A stretch of DNA of 64,000 nucleotides from Parcubacteria group bacterium Gr01-1014_8 (GCA_007376385.1 VMGC01000005.1:96001-160000), one strand, 5' to 3'. Shown: positions 1-8,960, counted from the stretch's first letter. Notes: generated by a model not told the origin, from the sequence alone. Translations and numbers: made by a program.

Positions 1-15
1 CCGGCAAATACAAAG

Positions 16-37
16 CCACCGGACCCCAGTCCGGTGG
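16..37. terminator. GC-rich hairpin (CCACCGGAC-ccca-GTCCGGTGG) at the window edge; possible bidirectional terminator
   Basis: 9-bp perfect stem read directly. The minus-strand side is U-rich (UUUGUAUUUG). It lies downstream of the small minus-strand ORF 66..254. Confidence 0.35.
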
Positions 38-65
38 TCGTTTACTAAAAAGAAAATAATCGGCG

Positions 66-254
66 CTACTTCATATTCTGTATCACACTCATCGCCGTGT
101 CGTGTCGCATTTTTGCGACAGTCGTGAGCGTCTGGTACAGCCTGTCTGCTGAAGCTCCTGAATGAGACGGCGTGTCGCATCGCGAAGAAGCACCAGCAAC
201 CGGCGCGACCGAGAGAACACTGATAAATATCATACCGGCAATTAATTTGTTCAT
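66..254 (-). CDS. small hypothetical protein with an N-terminal hydrophobic, signal-like segment (MNKLIAGMIFISVLSVAPVAGA...)
   Basis: ORF-track 66..311, trimmed to the internal Met that precedes a signal-peptide-like stretch. No family recognised. Confidence 0.3.
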   Translation of the reverse strand: MNKLIAGMIFISVLSVAPVAGASSRCDTPSHSGASADRLYQTLTTVAKMRHDTAMSVIQNMK

Positions 255-347
255 ACGGCAACTGTACACCCGCCGCTTGGGCGAATACGCGTGTGCAAGC
301 TTGTACGACACGTATATGTGCGGGCGTCAAATCGTGTTTAGAGCAGG

Positions 348-1415
348 TTGGCGGGTTATACTGCTGCCATGTCGGACCACACGATGGGTGTGTACTTCCT
401 CCTCCTTGTTCTCGCCGGGGCGCTCGTTCTTACCTTCTTTATATTCCAGCCATTCCTCGCTGCGCTCGTTCTCGCGGCGGTTTTTGCCGTTATTTTGCAG
501 CCAGCCTATCGCCGCATCCACAGCGAGATGCCGCGTTGGCCATCTTCTGCCGCATTTCTCACCGTTCTACTCACCGTCGTGTGTATTCTCGTGCCGCTTG
601 GATTTGTCGGGACGCAGATAGGGTATGAAGCCGCAAGTTTGTACACCTCGCTCGTCGAGGGCGATGGAAAGGCGCAAATCGCGCATTCCATCCGTGCCCT
701 CGAAGATATTGTGGGGGTGTACATACCTGGCGCAGACGATTTTTCAGACAGGCTCTCGGAAAATATTTCATCATACGCCAAAATGGGTCTGACCTGGCTC
801 CTTCAGCATCTAGGCTCGGCGTTCTCTGGCGTTGCGTCTATCTTTTTAAGTCTGTTCATTTTCTTCGTCACGCTCTACTATTTGCTCCGTGATGGTCTCA
901 AGCTGAAGCAGGCGCTCATCGAATATAGTCCGCTTCGCGATTCGTACGATGAGTCGGTATTTAACAAACTAGAACTTGCAGTAAATTCCGTCATCAAAGG
1001 AAACTTGATGATTGCGCTCATTCAGGGCGTGCTCTCGGCCATCGGTTTTTCCATTTTCGGCGTACCGAATCCTGTCTTGTGGGGAACCGTGACCGCACTT
1101 GCAGCCTTGATCCCTGCAGTGGGAACCGGGCTCGTCTTTCTGCCGATAGTTTTATTTCTTTTTCTCACAGGCAATATGTTTGGTGGCATCGGACTTTCGA
1201 TCTGGGGCGCGCTTGCAGTCGGGCTCATTGATAACCTCCTCGGGCCGCGTCTCATCGGGAGCGGCATGAAGCTGCATCCGCTTCTCGTTCTCTTGTCTGT
1301 CCTCGGCGGCGTCACGTTCTTCGGTGCGCTTGGCATTTTCCTAGGACCCTTGTCGCTCAGCCTTCTTTTTGCTCTCCTTAGCATTTATCGAGATATTGCG
1401 AAGCAAGCCGTGTGA
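348..1415 (+). CDS. AI-2E family transporter (PerM/UPF0118-like) membrane protein
   Basis: 355 aa with multiple TM helices. Length and hydropathy pattern are typical of AI-2E/UPF0118 permeases. The start may be an internal Met (369). Confidence 0.7.
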   Translation: MAGYTAAMSDHTMGVYFLLLVLAGALVLTFFIFQPFLAALVLAAVFAVILQPAYRRIHSEMPRWPSSAAFLTVLLTVVCILVPLGFVGTQIGYEAASLYTSLVEGDGKAQIAHSIRALEDIVGVYIPGADDFSDRLSENISSYAKMGLTWLLQHLGSAFSGVASIFLSLFIFFVTLYYLLRDGLKLKQALIEYSPLRDSYDESVFNKLELAVNSVIKGNLMIALIQGVLSAIGFSIFGVPNPVLWGTVTALAALIPAVGTGLVFLPIVLFLFLTGNMFGGIGLSIWGALAVGLIDNLLGPRLIGSGMKLHPLLVLLSVLGGVTFFGALGIFLGPLSLSLLFALLSIYRDIAKQAV

Positions 1416-1427
1416 TAGGCTGACACA

Positions 1428-2471
1428 ATGCTTGTTGATGATGTCACCATAAAACTCTCTGGGGGCAACGGCGGTCCGGGCATCGTCGGCTTCAATCGCA
1501 CTAAAGGAAACACGGGTCCGACAGGCGGTAACGGGGGCCCTGGCGGCGATGTCATTCTTGAAGGCATTTCGGATATCAGCGCGCTTCTTCAATTCAGATT
1601 TAACAAAGATTTCAAAGGCGAAGATGGCAAGCAAGGCACAACGCGTCTGCGCGACGGCACGCGCGGTGAGGATTTGATATTGAAAATTCCGACGGGAACG
1701 GTCATCACGAATCTCGACACAGGCTGGACGCATGAACTGACGAAGGAGGGCGAGCACGTTATGGTCGCAAAAGGCGGCTATCGCGGCCGTGGAAATTTCC
1801 ACTTCCGCGCATCGACGAATACGACGCCGATGGAAGCCGAGACGGGCGAACTCGGAGAGAGTTTTACATTCCGCCTTGAACTCAAGATGATCGCCGACGT
1901 GGGTCTTATCGGTATTCCGAACGCAGGCAAATCGTCGCTTCTCAACGAACTGACCGGCGCGCACTCGAAGATAGGGAATTACGCGTTCACGACACTCGAG
2001 CCGCACCTCGGCGCATACTACGGGCTCATTCTTGCAGACGTGCCGGGTCTTATCGAAGGTTCGTCGGAAGGCAGGGGCTTGGGAGACAGATTCTTGCGCC
2101 ACATCGAACGCACGCGCGTCCTCTTTCATTTAGTGTCTGCGGAATCAGACGATGTCGTACGCGATTACAAAATAGTGCGGCAGGAATTGCAGGCCTATAA
2201 TCCTGCGCTCACAAAAAAAGAGGAGTATGTGTTTTTGACGAAGGTTGACCTCGTGGATGGTAAGGACGCGGAAGCAAAATTGAGGTTATTGAAGAAGATG
2301 AACAAGAATGCGCTCGCGCTCTCGGTCATCGAAGATAAGCGGATGAGGGCGGTGAAAGACATTCTCAACACGTTCCTAAAAGAAAAGAAGGTGGCTCCCC
2401 CTGGGACCACACTTGGATTTTCTGAAGCGGGAGTACCCGCTAAGAAAATCTCGGCGGTCGATGACAAATGA
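1428..2471 (+). CDS. obg: GTPase Obg/CgtA
   Basis: N-terminal Gly-rich Obg fold (GGNGGPGIVGF...GGNGGPGGDVIL). G domain with GIPNAGKSSL (G1) and DVPGLIEGS (G3). The C-terminal ~18 codons are encoded by repeat family B (see findings). Confidence 0.92.
   Translation: MLVDDVTIKLSGGNGGPGIVGFNRTKGNTGPTGGNGGPGGDVILEGISDISALLQFRFNKDFKGEDGKQGTTRLRDGTRGEDLILKIPTGTVITNLDTGWTHELTKEGEHVMVAKGGYRGRGNFHFRASTNTTPMEAETGELGESFTFRLELKMIADVGLIGIPNAGKSSLLNELTGAHSKIGNYAFTTLEPHLGAYYGLILADVPGLIEGSSEGRGLGDRFLRHIERTRVLFHLVSAESDDVVRDYKIVRQELQAYNPALTKKEEYVFLTKVDLVDGKDAEAKLRLLKKMNKNALALSVIEDKRMRAVKDILNTFLKEKKVAPPGTTLGFSEAGVPAKKISAVDDK
2404..2457 (+). repeat. Family B hairpin repeat, copy B1, embedded in the 3-prime end of the obg coding sequence
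   Basis: GGACCACACTTGGATTTTCTGAAGCGGGAGTACCCGCTAAGAAAATCTCGGCGG. Near-identical copies sit at 20463..20518 (same orientation) and 20936..20988 (reverse complement). Internal dyad GCGGG-agta-CCCGC. Confidence 0.8.
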
Positions 2472-3159
2472 ACCGACAGTGATTTTTGAGAACGACGATT
2501 TTCTCGTCATCAATAAACCGGCCGGGCTCATCGTGCACTCGGACGGAAGGACGATAGAGCCGTCGCTCGCCGACTGGCTCATCGCGCGCTCCCCCGCGCT
2601 ACAAGAGGTCGGCGAGCCATGGGTGTCGCCGCAAGGAGAAAAAATTGCGTGCCCTGGTCTTGTGCATCGTTTGGATAGAACAACATCGGGTGTGATGGTT
2701 GTGGCGAAAACACAGGCGATGTGGAAATACCTGCGCGCAGAATTTAAAGAGCGGCGTGTCGAAAAGAAATATCACGCATTTGTCTACAGTCATGTGGAGG
2801 GGAGTTCTGGTCGGATTGTTTCTGAAATCATGAGGTCGTCTACGCCTCCTAAAAAATGGTATGCACGGCCATGCGACGAAAGCCACAAGCGAGCAGCCAT
2901 AACGGATTGGACGCTTTTGAAAAAGCTCGAAGATAACGGCGAGCTCATTTCGTATCTCGAAGTTCAGCCTCGTACCGGCCGCACGCATCAGATACGCGTG
3001 CATCTTGCATCTATCGGGTATCCTATAGTCGCGGACCATCTGTACTCCGACAAGAAGCCACTTTTAGGATTCACGCGCCCGGCGCTTCATGCACACAGTA
3101 TTTCATTCATGCTGCCGTCAGTAGAAAACCGGGAATTTATTTGCGAGCGTTGCGAGTGA
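2461..3159 (+). CDS. RluA-family 23S rRNA/tRNA pseudouridine synthase
   Basis: Catalytic motif HRLDRTTSGVMVVAKT and RTGRTHQIRVHLA. The chosen start, MTNEPTVIFENDDFLVINKPAGL, overlaps the obg stop by 11 nt. The last 6 codons (ICERCE*) are encoded by repeat C1. Confidence 0.88.
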   Translation: MTNEPTVIFENDDFLVINKPAGLIVHSDGRTIEPSLADWLIARSPALQEVGEPWVSPQGEKIACPGLVHRLDRTTSGVMVVAKTQAMWKYLRAEFKERRVEKKYHAFVYSHVEGSSGRIVSEIMRSSTPPKKWYARPCDESHKRAAITDWTLLKKLEDNGELISYLEVQPRTGRTHQIRVHLASIGYPIVADHLYSDKKPLLGFTRPALHAHSISFMLPSVENREFICERCE

Positions 3160-3220
3160 AATGCAAAAGAGCACTTTTGTATTTCCGAGTCGAGGAGCAA
3201 ACACAGGTTCAATACCTCGG
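3137..3220 (+). repeat. Family C dyad-symmetric repeat, copy C1
   Basis: TTTGCGAGCGTTGCGAGTGAAATGCAAAAG-agca-CTTTTGTATTTCCGAGTCGAGGAGC...GGTTCAATACCTCGG. Homologous to 27115..27203 and, in reverse complement, to 61726..61813. Confidence 0.75.
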
Positions 3221-3275
3221 AGCTTGCTCCGAAGAACCTTTATAGCGCCACCACCGAAGGATTTTCGCTGATGTT

Positions 3276-3785
3276 TCAGTTTCTCTTTATTGTTTGGTCG
3301 ATCATTTGTTTTGCTGTCCGCAGTGCTGTTTCTGCTTTCAGCGCAAGTCCAGGGTCATCGATAGTGCCGATTGCGGCATTTGCCGCGTCCCGCAAACTAG
3401 AAATATATGGCACTACAGCCTCCCTTTCTTTATCCGCATTTTGCTCCCTGAATGGGACAAGTCCATTCTCGATCAAGAGGGGGATGACGACCGATATTAG
3501 GTGCGCCCGAACCGTGTCAGGTGACACTTCTTTGTCCCACCGGTCGTATATTATCTTTCGCAATTCGTTTTCAGACACATCGTGCACCTCGTCAAAAAAA
3601 TCCCTATCTTTTCCCGTTAGTTCCATCTTGTTGGCCAATTCGGCGCCTATGTCTGAAATGAGCGAGCATATTCCTGTGAGCATGTCTTCGACGTCATCGC
3701 CTTCGGTTATTTCTGCGACGTCGTTCTTTATCTTGTCGTCGAACGGAAACACGCCGACGTTTCTAATTCCTCCTCTGTCCGTCAT
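3276..3785 (-). CDS. hypothetical acidic cytoplasmic protein
   Basis: 169-aa ORF with balanced composition. The overlapping + strand ORF 3271..3897 is Ser-rich low-complexity and was judged an antisense artefact. No family recognised. Confidence 0.5.
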   Translation of the reverse strand: MTDRGGIRNVGVFPFDDKIKNDVAEITEGDDVEDMLTGICSLISDIGAELANKMELTGKDRDFFDEVHDVSENELRKIIYDRWDKEVSPDTVRAHLISVVIPLLIENGLVPFREQNADKEREAVVPYISSLRDAANAAIGTIDDPGLALKAETALRTAKQMIDQTIKRN

Positions 3786-3811
3786 ATTGCAATTCTACAG
3801 TACAATGCGCC

Positions 3812-4264
3812 ATGATGGATCCGGATATCTCACCACAGGCAGAACCGGAAGCGACACCCGAAATCTCTGCAGAGGTCGCACCTGCGCCGGGTTCTGAACA
3901 AGTAATTCAAGAGACACAGTCTGCCCAGTCAGGGCCGGCGGAACCGGCTCCGCCGCCGCCGGCATCTGCATCTCCCGCACCCGAGACTCCTCTATCCGCC
4001 TCACTTCCGCTCATGCTCGGGCCTGCTCTCGCTATCAAAAACCTCGCACAGCAGGCGCTCGAAAAATTGCAATTCCGCAAAAAGGGCCGCCTCGACAAAA
4101 TCATCGAGCTTGCGAGAAGGAAGGGGAGCATCGTCAATAATGATGTGGAGATGCTCCTCAAAGTCTCGGACGCGACAGCCAGCCGCTATCTTGCAGAGCT
4201 CGTCAAACAGGGCACATTACGGCAAAAGGGTGTCCGCGCAGGCACGACCTACGAACCAGCGTGA
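3812..4264 (+). CDS. hypothetical protein with a Pro/Ala/Glu-rich N-terminus and a C-terminal winged-helix-like DNA-binding segment
   Basis: C-terminus ...VSDATASRYLAELVKQGTLRQKG resembles an HTH recognition helix. The N-terminus is low-complexity (PAPGSEQ...APPPPASASPAPETP). Confidence 0.5.
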   Translation: MMDPDISPQAEPEATPEISAEVAPAPGSEQVIQETQSAQSGPAEPAPPPPASASPAPETPLSASLPLMLGPALAIKNLAQQALEKLQFRKKGRLDKIIELARRKGSIVNNDVEMLLKVSDATASRYLAELVKQGTLRQKGVRAGTTYEPA

Positions 4265-4367
4265 GCGACCAATTTCTCTTCGCGATATTCCGCGTTAGAG
4301 AAATGTGAGTGCCCGTGCGGTGCCAAGCCTTGGCTCAAACGGCGCCATTTGAGCCAAACGCCGGAAG

Positions 4368-5012
4368 GTGTATCCTATGGCAACTATGACAAAAATTCTC
4401 ATCGCTGGCGTCGTTGTTGTTCTTGTAGCGATCGCAGGCTTATTTCTTTGGCAGACATACTTGAAAAAGCCAGAAGCCGCGCCAGTTACGCTTCCTGAAG
4501 AAGTGAAGCCAGTCCAAACAACCGATACATATGCATCCTCGACGCTCGGCATTTCAATAACCTATCCCAAGGGCTACACGGTGAACGAAGCATACGCGTA
4601 CGACCAGGTCAGCCCGACGAAGCTCATTCACGGCGTGAAGTTCGTTGTCCCGGAAACTGCGTTTGCCGGCACGAATCTCTCCGTAAGCGATACAGGTGTT
4701 TCAATCGAATGGCTTCCGCGGGCAAAAAAATGCACAGGAGATATCTATCTACCCGGCAACGTTGTCGCGCTCTCATTTGCGGATGGCGGCACAGCGTACT
4801 CGGTTGCAACATCGTCCGGCGCTGCTGCGGGGAATTTCTACGAGGAGAAGGTGTATGCAATCGCTTCAAGCTCGCCCTGCACCGCAGTGCGTTATTTCCT
4901 GCACTCGTCAAACATCGGTAACTACGCGACTGGCACCGCCCACGAATTCGACCGCGCGGCACTCCTCAGCGATTTCGACAAAATCCGCCAGTCACTCAAG
5001 ATCTCGAGGTAG
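4368..5012 (+). CDS. membrane-anchored/secreted hypothetical protein
   Basis: N-terminal TM/signal segment (KILIAGVVVVLVAIAGLFLW) followed by a Cys-containing soluble domain. No family recognised. Confidence 0.5.
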   Translation: MYPMATMTKILIAGVVVVLVAIAGLFLWQTYLKKPEAAPVTLPEEVKPVQTTDTYASSTLGISITYPKGYTVNEAYAYDQVSPTKLIHGVKFVVPETAFAGTNLSVSDTGVSIEWLPRAKKCTGDIYLPGNVVALSFADGGTAYSVATSSGAAAGNFYEEKVYAIASSSPCTAVRYFLHSSNIGNYATGTAHEFDRAALLSDFDKIRQSLKISR

Positions 5013-5053
5013 GGAAGTCAGGCCTGGATTGAACCAAAACGGTAATCGCCTAC

Positions 5054-6136
5054 CTACAGTAATCCGCTCAGCGCATCCTGATACGTCTGCACGCATTGCT
5101 TTTTCAGAGTTTCTTTGAATCTTGGTATCTGCGTCGCGAGTTCCGGGTAGTACACGAGCAGCTTGTCAGCAAATATTTCCAGTGAGTGCAGGGCACTCTC
5201 GTGGTCGAAGAGAAGTATTTCCGGTGGAATTGCGCCCGGTCCGAATTCTTGTGCGGTGTCGTGGTCCACAATACTGCAATCCAACGTGACGTTGTGGGTC
5301 GAGAGAGTCTTGTGCGCAATTCCCGCGCGATGCATTTTCCCGACACCCTGTCCCAGTTCTTCAGCGAACCATTGCGCGTACTCTCGGACATTTGTCACGG
5401 TCTCGTTCTCCATATTGATAAAATCGATCGCATCCTCGATATCTTCCCTGCCTTCAATGTCTTGCACGCGCGTCTTTATGCCATAGGCGCGTATTTCCAG
5501 GGCCGGCTCGAAGTTTTCAGGCAATATCCCATGCTTTCGGATTTGCGTATCGCCCCTTGGTATCTCGTCAACAGGCACAAGCTTCATACTTCCATCTTCC
5601 TGTCGTATTCCCACTTCTTTCAGCTGCAGGACGCCAAGACATCGGTGCGTACGTATGCCCAGCTCAGCAAACTTTTCTGCCATGTTGGCGTCGTACTCTG
5701 CCCACTTTTTATCAAGCAGGCCATCAACATCTTGAACGTCGCTTCCAGCCCGTGCTTCCCAGGGGAGTATGTCGCCGGTGCGGCGCGAAAGATGCACAAG
5801 TCCTTTGATATCGATGTCGCGATAGATGCGTCCCGTGCTGTCGGTGATGTATGCCTCGCCCACATCGCCGCTTCTCCTGTGACGTTCGCGTTTGCCGACG
5901 CGAAGACCAGGCAGCGTTTCGCCGTGCATTGTCTCTGCAAACTTTACGATGATTCCCAGCGGACTTCGCTCGCCCTTTTTGACGGGAAGGGGAGAATTCA
6001 TTTTGCTCGGGTCCGGTTCCCACGTACATTCATTGTCTGCCTGCACTGTCTGCATCTCAATTCGTCGGTCCCTCATGCCGGTGAGAATAAGCGCTCCGCC
6101 TGTGGTTTGTTGTTTATGTGGGTTCGGCTCTGTCAT
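5054..6136 (-). CDS. hypothetical protein with a degenerate protein-kinase-like (APH/Kdo-kinase-like) signature
   Basis: 360 aa. The segment HRAGIAHKTLSTHNVTLDCSIVDHDTA resembles the kinase catalytic loop H-x-D-x4-N followed by a DxD/DFG-like region, but the catalytic Asp position is Lys/Thr. Assignment is weak. Confidence 0.45.
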   Translation of the reverse strand: MTEPNPHKQQTTGGALILTGMRDRRIEMQTVQADNECTWEPDPSKMNSPLPVKKGERSPLGIIVKFAETMHGETLPGLRVGKRERHRRSGDVGEAYITDSTGRIYRDIDIKGLVHLSRRTGDILPWEARAGSDVQDVDGLLDKKWAEYDANMAEKFAELGIRTHRCLGVLQLKEVGIRQEDGSMKLVPVDEIPRGDTQIRKHGILPENFEPALEIRAYGIKTRVQDIEGREDIEDAIDFINMENETVTNVREYAQWFAEELGQGVGKMHRAGIAHKTLSTHNVTLDCSIVDHDTAQEFGPGAIPPEILLFDHESALHSLEIFADKLLVYYPELATQIPRFKETLKKQCVQTYQDALSGLL

Positions 6137-6379
6137 GTGCCTCTAGTATCGCGCTTTTTCATGAGGCATCCAAGGTGTATTCTGTGCAAATGGATCTCGC
6201 CGAAGTACTCCGAACAATACTCGCATTCCTACTTCAACTTGCAGAGTTGATCGTCACGTTCATTATCGCCGCCCTCCGTCTATTCCTCGATTTCTTCGGG
6301 ACGTTAGTCGGGTCGGTGTAGTGGAATTGACTTGCTAGCAGGTACGTCTTGCTCCGTTTTGAGACTGGGCGTAGTCTGA

Positions 6380-7237
6380 ATGGATATGAAAACAGCACTT
6401 ATTGTTAGTATTGCACTATTCACGCTATCAATTGGGGGAATCGCGCAAGCGCAATCGTCCACAGCGTTGGAAGTTAGTGCGCAGGTGTCGGCAACGACGT
6501 CGGACAATGGCAAGGGCAAGGGCGCTGAAATGAGCGCGGGGGCTTCGGCAAACGCATCCGCGACAGGGACGGCTCACAAAGCAGACCCTGAAGAAAAAAA
6601 GGGCGAGGAAGGGCGTGGCGATGAGATGCGCTCGGCGACAGCAACGGCAATGACAGCGGAAAAAGGCGGCAGGGAAGACGACGATGACAGCGGACAGGAA
6701 AAAGATAAAGATGATTCTCCCGATCCCATGAAGGGCGGCGTGCATGTCGCTGCGGGCGATGTTGATGGTCTCACCGAAGACGAGAAGGAGGCATTCCTCG
6801 CACGCGTTAAAACGCACGCACAGGTAAAATCAGGTCAGGACTTGGAGAACTTTGCGAAGGGAATCCTCATTAAAGATGACAACGTCGAAGAACTTTCCTC
6901 GGACGAAGACAGCGTCGAGGTGCGCTACCGCGTGCCGGCGAAATTCCTCGGGCTTTTCGAGACGACGCTTCCTATCGAAGTAGTGGCAGAAAAAGCGCAG
7001 GGCGAGCTTGGCGGTGGCGTAAAAGTGAAATTCCCGTGGTTCCGCTTCCTCTTTGGCATTCCAGACGATGTCTCGCAGTCGTCGCTTGAAACGTCGGTTG
7101 GTGCAGCGGTCATCGGCGATTTGGATCGCGATGGCGTTCTTGATGTCGCCCTCACTGCGCGCCTCTACAACGCGATATCCAACATCCTCAAGACCAAGCA
7201 CGATACTGCAAAGAATTCGATTGGGAACATCCGCTAG
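6380..7237 (+). CDS. secreted hypothetical protein with an acidic low-complexity region
   Basis: Signal peptide MKTALIVSIALFTLSIGGIAQAQ. Asp/Glu/Lys-rich stretch (GREDDDDSGQEKDKDDSPD). Confidence 0.5.
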   Translation: MDMKTALIVSIALFTLSIGGIAQAQSSTALEVSAQVSATTSDNGKGKGAEMSAGASANASATGTAHKADPEEKKGEEGRGDEMRSATATAMTAEKGGREDDDDSGQEKDKDDSPDPMKGGVHVAAGDVDGLTEDEKEAFLARVKTHAQVKSGQDLENFAKGILIKDDNVEELSSDEDSVEVRYRVPAKFLGLFETTLPIEVVAEKAQGELGGGVKVKFPWFRFLFGIPDDVSQSSLETSVGAAVIGDLDRDGVLDVALTARLYNAISNILKTKHDTAKNSIGNIR

Positions 7238-7291
7238 TTCCCCTGCCGAGTCGGTGTAATTGCACGGCTTTCTAGGTGCTATAATCTCGGC

Positions 7292-7804
7292 ATGAGCGGA
7301 CCAGATGACATGCAAGGAGCCGTGACGCGCCGAAATGTGCTGAAAGCGGCTGCAGCGCTTGGCGCGATGGCAGCAGCACCGCTGCTGTTTGCCACAATCG
7401 CCGACGCGCGCGATTGCGAAGGGAAGCGGTGCGGGAATTGGCATATGAAGCCTTCTCCCGAACGTCGCGAAAATCCGGAGGAGGTCAAAAAGTTCAAAGA
7501 GGACATGAATACCGTTGTGAGCGAATACAAGAATATCCAGGAACTGCTAAACGACATACTGACGCATCACAAACTTGACCCAAAGCGCTTCACAATAACG
7601 ATGTCGCCGCCTGGTCGCGCAATTGAGATAGCTATATCGGAAAACGGCAAATCCGTCGGCAGTTTCGGCTTGAGTACCATGCAGCTAAGGAGCGCATACG
7701 GCGTTGATTCCGGTATCCCACCTGAACAACTCATCAACAAGAAAGGATTTCAGACGCTATTTTTCAAGCATTTACAGGAGCTCCGTCTCATGGAGAGTAA
7801 ATAG
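7292..7804 (+). CDS. hypothetical exported protein with a twin-arginine (Tat) signal
   Basis: TRRNVLKAAAALGAMAAAPLLFATIADA matches the S/T-RRxFLK Tat consensus followed by a hydrophobic h-region. Confidence 0.55.
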   Translation: MSGPDDMQGAVTRRNVLKAAAALGAMAAAPLLFATIADARDCEGKRCGNWHMKPSPERRENPEEVKKFKEDMNTVVSEYKNIQELLNDILTHHKLDPKRFTITMSPPGRAIEIAISENGKSVGSFGLSTMQLRSAYGVDSGIPPEQLINKKGFQTLFFKHLQELRLMESK

Positions 7805-7856
7805 AGCACTCAGTCGGACAGTCATTGTGGCGTGGTATTCTAGTCATATTATCGAT

Positions 7857-8960
7857 ATGGATTCAGGCAACCAGACTCCGCCGCACAAGCACATACCCTG
7901 GCTGACGCTTGCGCTCGCCCTGCTCGCGGTCATCTCATACATCTATATGTCGGCGTATCCGCGCGTCATGATGCAGAACTACGCGGTCTCAAGTTCCGAA
8001 GCGGTCATCCCGAAAGGCATTCAAGTTGGCGGCGCTCCGGGTGTCCCCGATGCGCCTGCGATGATGGAATCAGTTGACATGATGCAATCAGGCGGCACAA
8101 GTGCCCAAAACGCCGTGATGCGTGCACCGGATTACTATCCGTATCCCAAGCCGTATTACCCCGGGACGCCGGACATTACCGACACGCGGGAATTTCTAAA
8201 GAAGGACTACGGCGCAGAAATGAAGACGCGTGACGTGTTGGAATTGACCAAGCGCGTGGAAACAACGGTCCGCGGCTATGACGGCCGGGTGGATCAGATA
8301 TCGAGCTCGCCCAAATACGGTTCGGTAAGCTTTGTCATCCCGGCGTCGAAATTTGATGCATTTCGCGACGAGATAGAAACTCTTGTCGGTCCGAAATTTC
8401 TTACCGTAAATATTCACTCTGAAAACCTTCTCTCGCAGAAGCAGGGAATCGAAGGACAGCAGAAACAAGTCGAGACTTCTCTTGCAGACCTGGAGAGCAA
8501 CCGGGCCAAGCTTGTTGCGGCTCACAAGAGTACGCTCGCATTCCTGAACTCCGAACTCGACGATGTCGAGACGGAAATCACCGCGCTCGAAAACATGCCG
8601 CCAATGGGTACCGAACAATGGATGCAAGTTAGTGCGCGTCTGCAGGTGTTACGGGCCGAGCAGAGCTCGTTGAATACTCGTATTGCGAATGAAAACAGTT
8701 CATACAAGTATCAGCTTGATACGGTAGATGCGCAGATAAAATATGCGAAGCAAAATCTGGATTCAGTGAAGGAACAGGACCAGAACTTGCTCGACAACGT
8801 TGCGACGGTCAGCGGGAACATCTCCGTAGTCTGGATAAGCGCGGCGGACATCGTGCAGCTCTTTTTCCCCGGAAACACGATCCCTGGCTTCTTGATCTTC
8901 TTGGCGGCGCTCTCATTCCTCTGGCATCATTTCCGCCCGCGAAAGGCGATACAGCACTAA
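7857..8960 (+). CDS. DUF4349-like membrane protein with a central coiled coil
   Basis: N-terminal TM (PWLTLALALLAVISYIYM), a long Q/E/L-rich coiled-coil region and a C-terminal TM (IPGFLIFLAALSFLW). The start was trimmed to the Met after the upstream ORF stop. The DUF4349 call is from recalled family architecture. Confidence 0.5.
   Translation: MDSGNQTPPHKHIPWLTLALALLAVISYIYMSAYPRVMMQNYAVSSSEAVIPKGIQVGGAPGVPDAPAMMESVDMMQSGGTSAQNAVMRAPDYYPYPKPYYPGTPDITDTREFLKKDYGAEMKTRDVLELTKRVETTVRGYDGRVDQISSSPKYGSVSFVIPASKFDAFRDEIETLVGPKFLTVNIHSENLLSQKQGIEGQQKQVETSLADLESNRAKLVAAHKSTLAFLNSELDDVETEITALENMPPMGTEQWMQVSARLQVLRAEQSSLNTRIANENSSYKYQLDTVDAQIKYAKQNLDSVKEQDQNLLDNVATVSGNISVVWISAADIVQLFFPGNTIPGFLIFLAALSFLWHHFRPRKAIQH

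Noticed and set aside
3200-3222. GGTTCAATACC and GGGTCGAATACC motifs inside family C repeats as possible tRNA T-arms or tRNA fragments
   Set aside because: The flanking sequence cannot be folded into acceptor, D or anticodon arms. It is a chance resemblance to the T-loop consensus.
3271-3897. + strand 208-aa ORF overlapping the minus-strand gene 3276..3785
   Set aside because: Ser/Thr/Phe-rich low-complexity translation typical of the antisense frame of a real gene. The minus-strand ORF has normal composition.
5186-6250. + strand 354-aa ORF antisense to the kinase-like gene
   Set aside because: Cys/His/Phe/Arg-rich, with no motifs. It is a mirror ORF of the better-composed minus-strand CDS.
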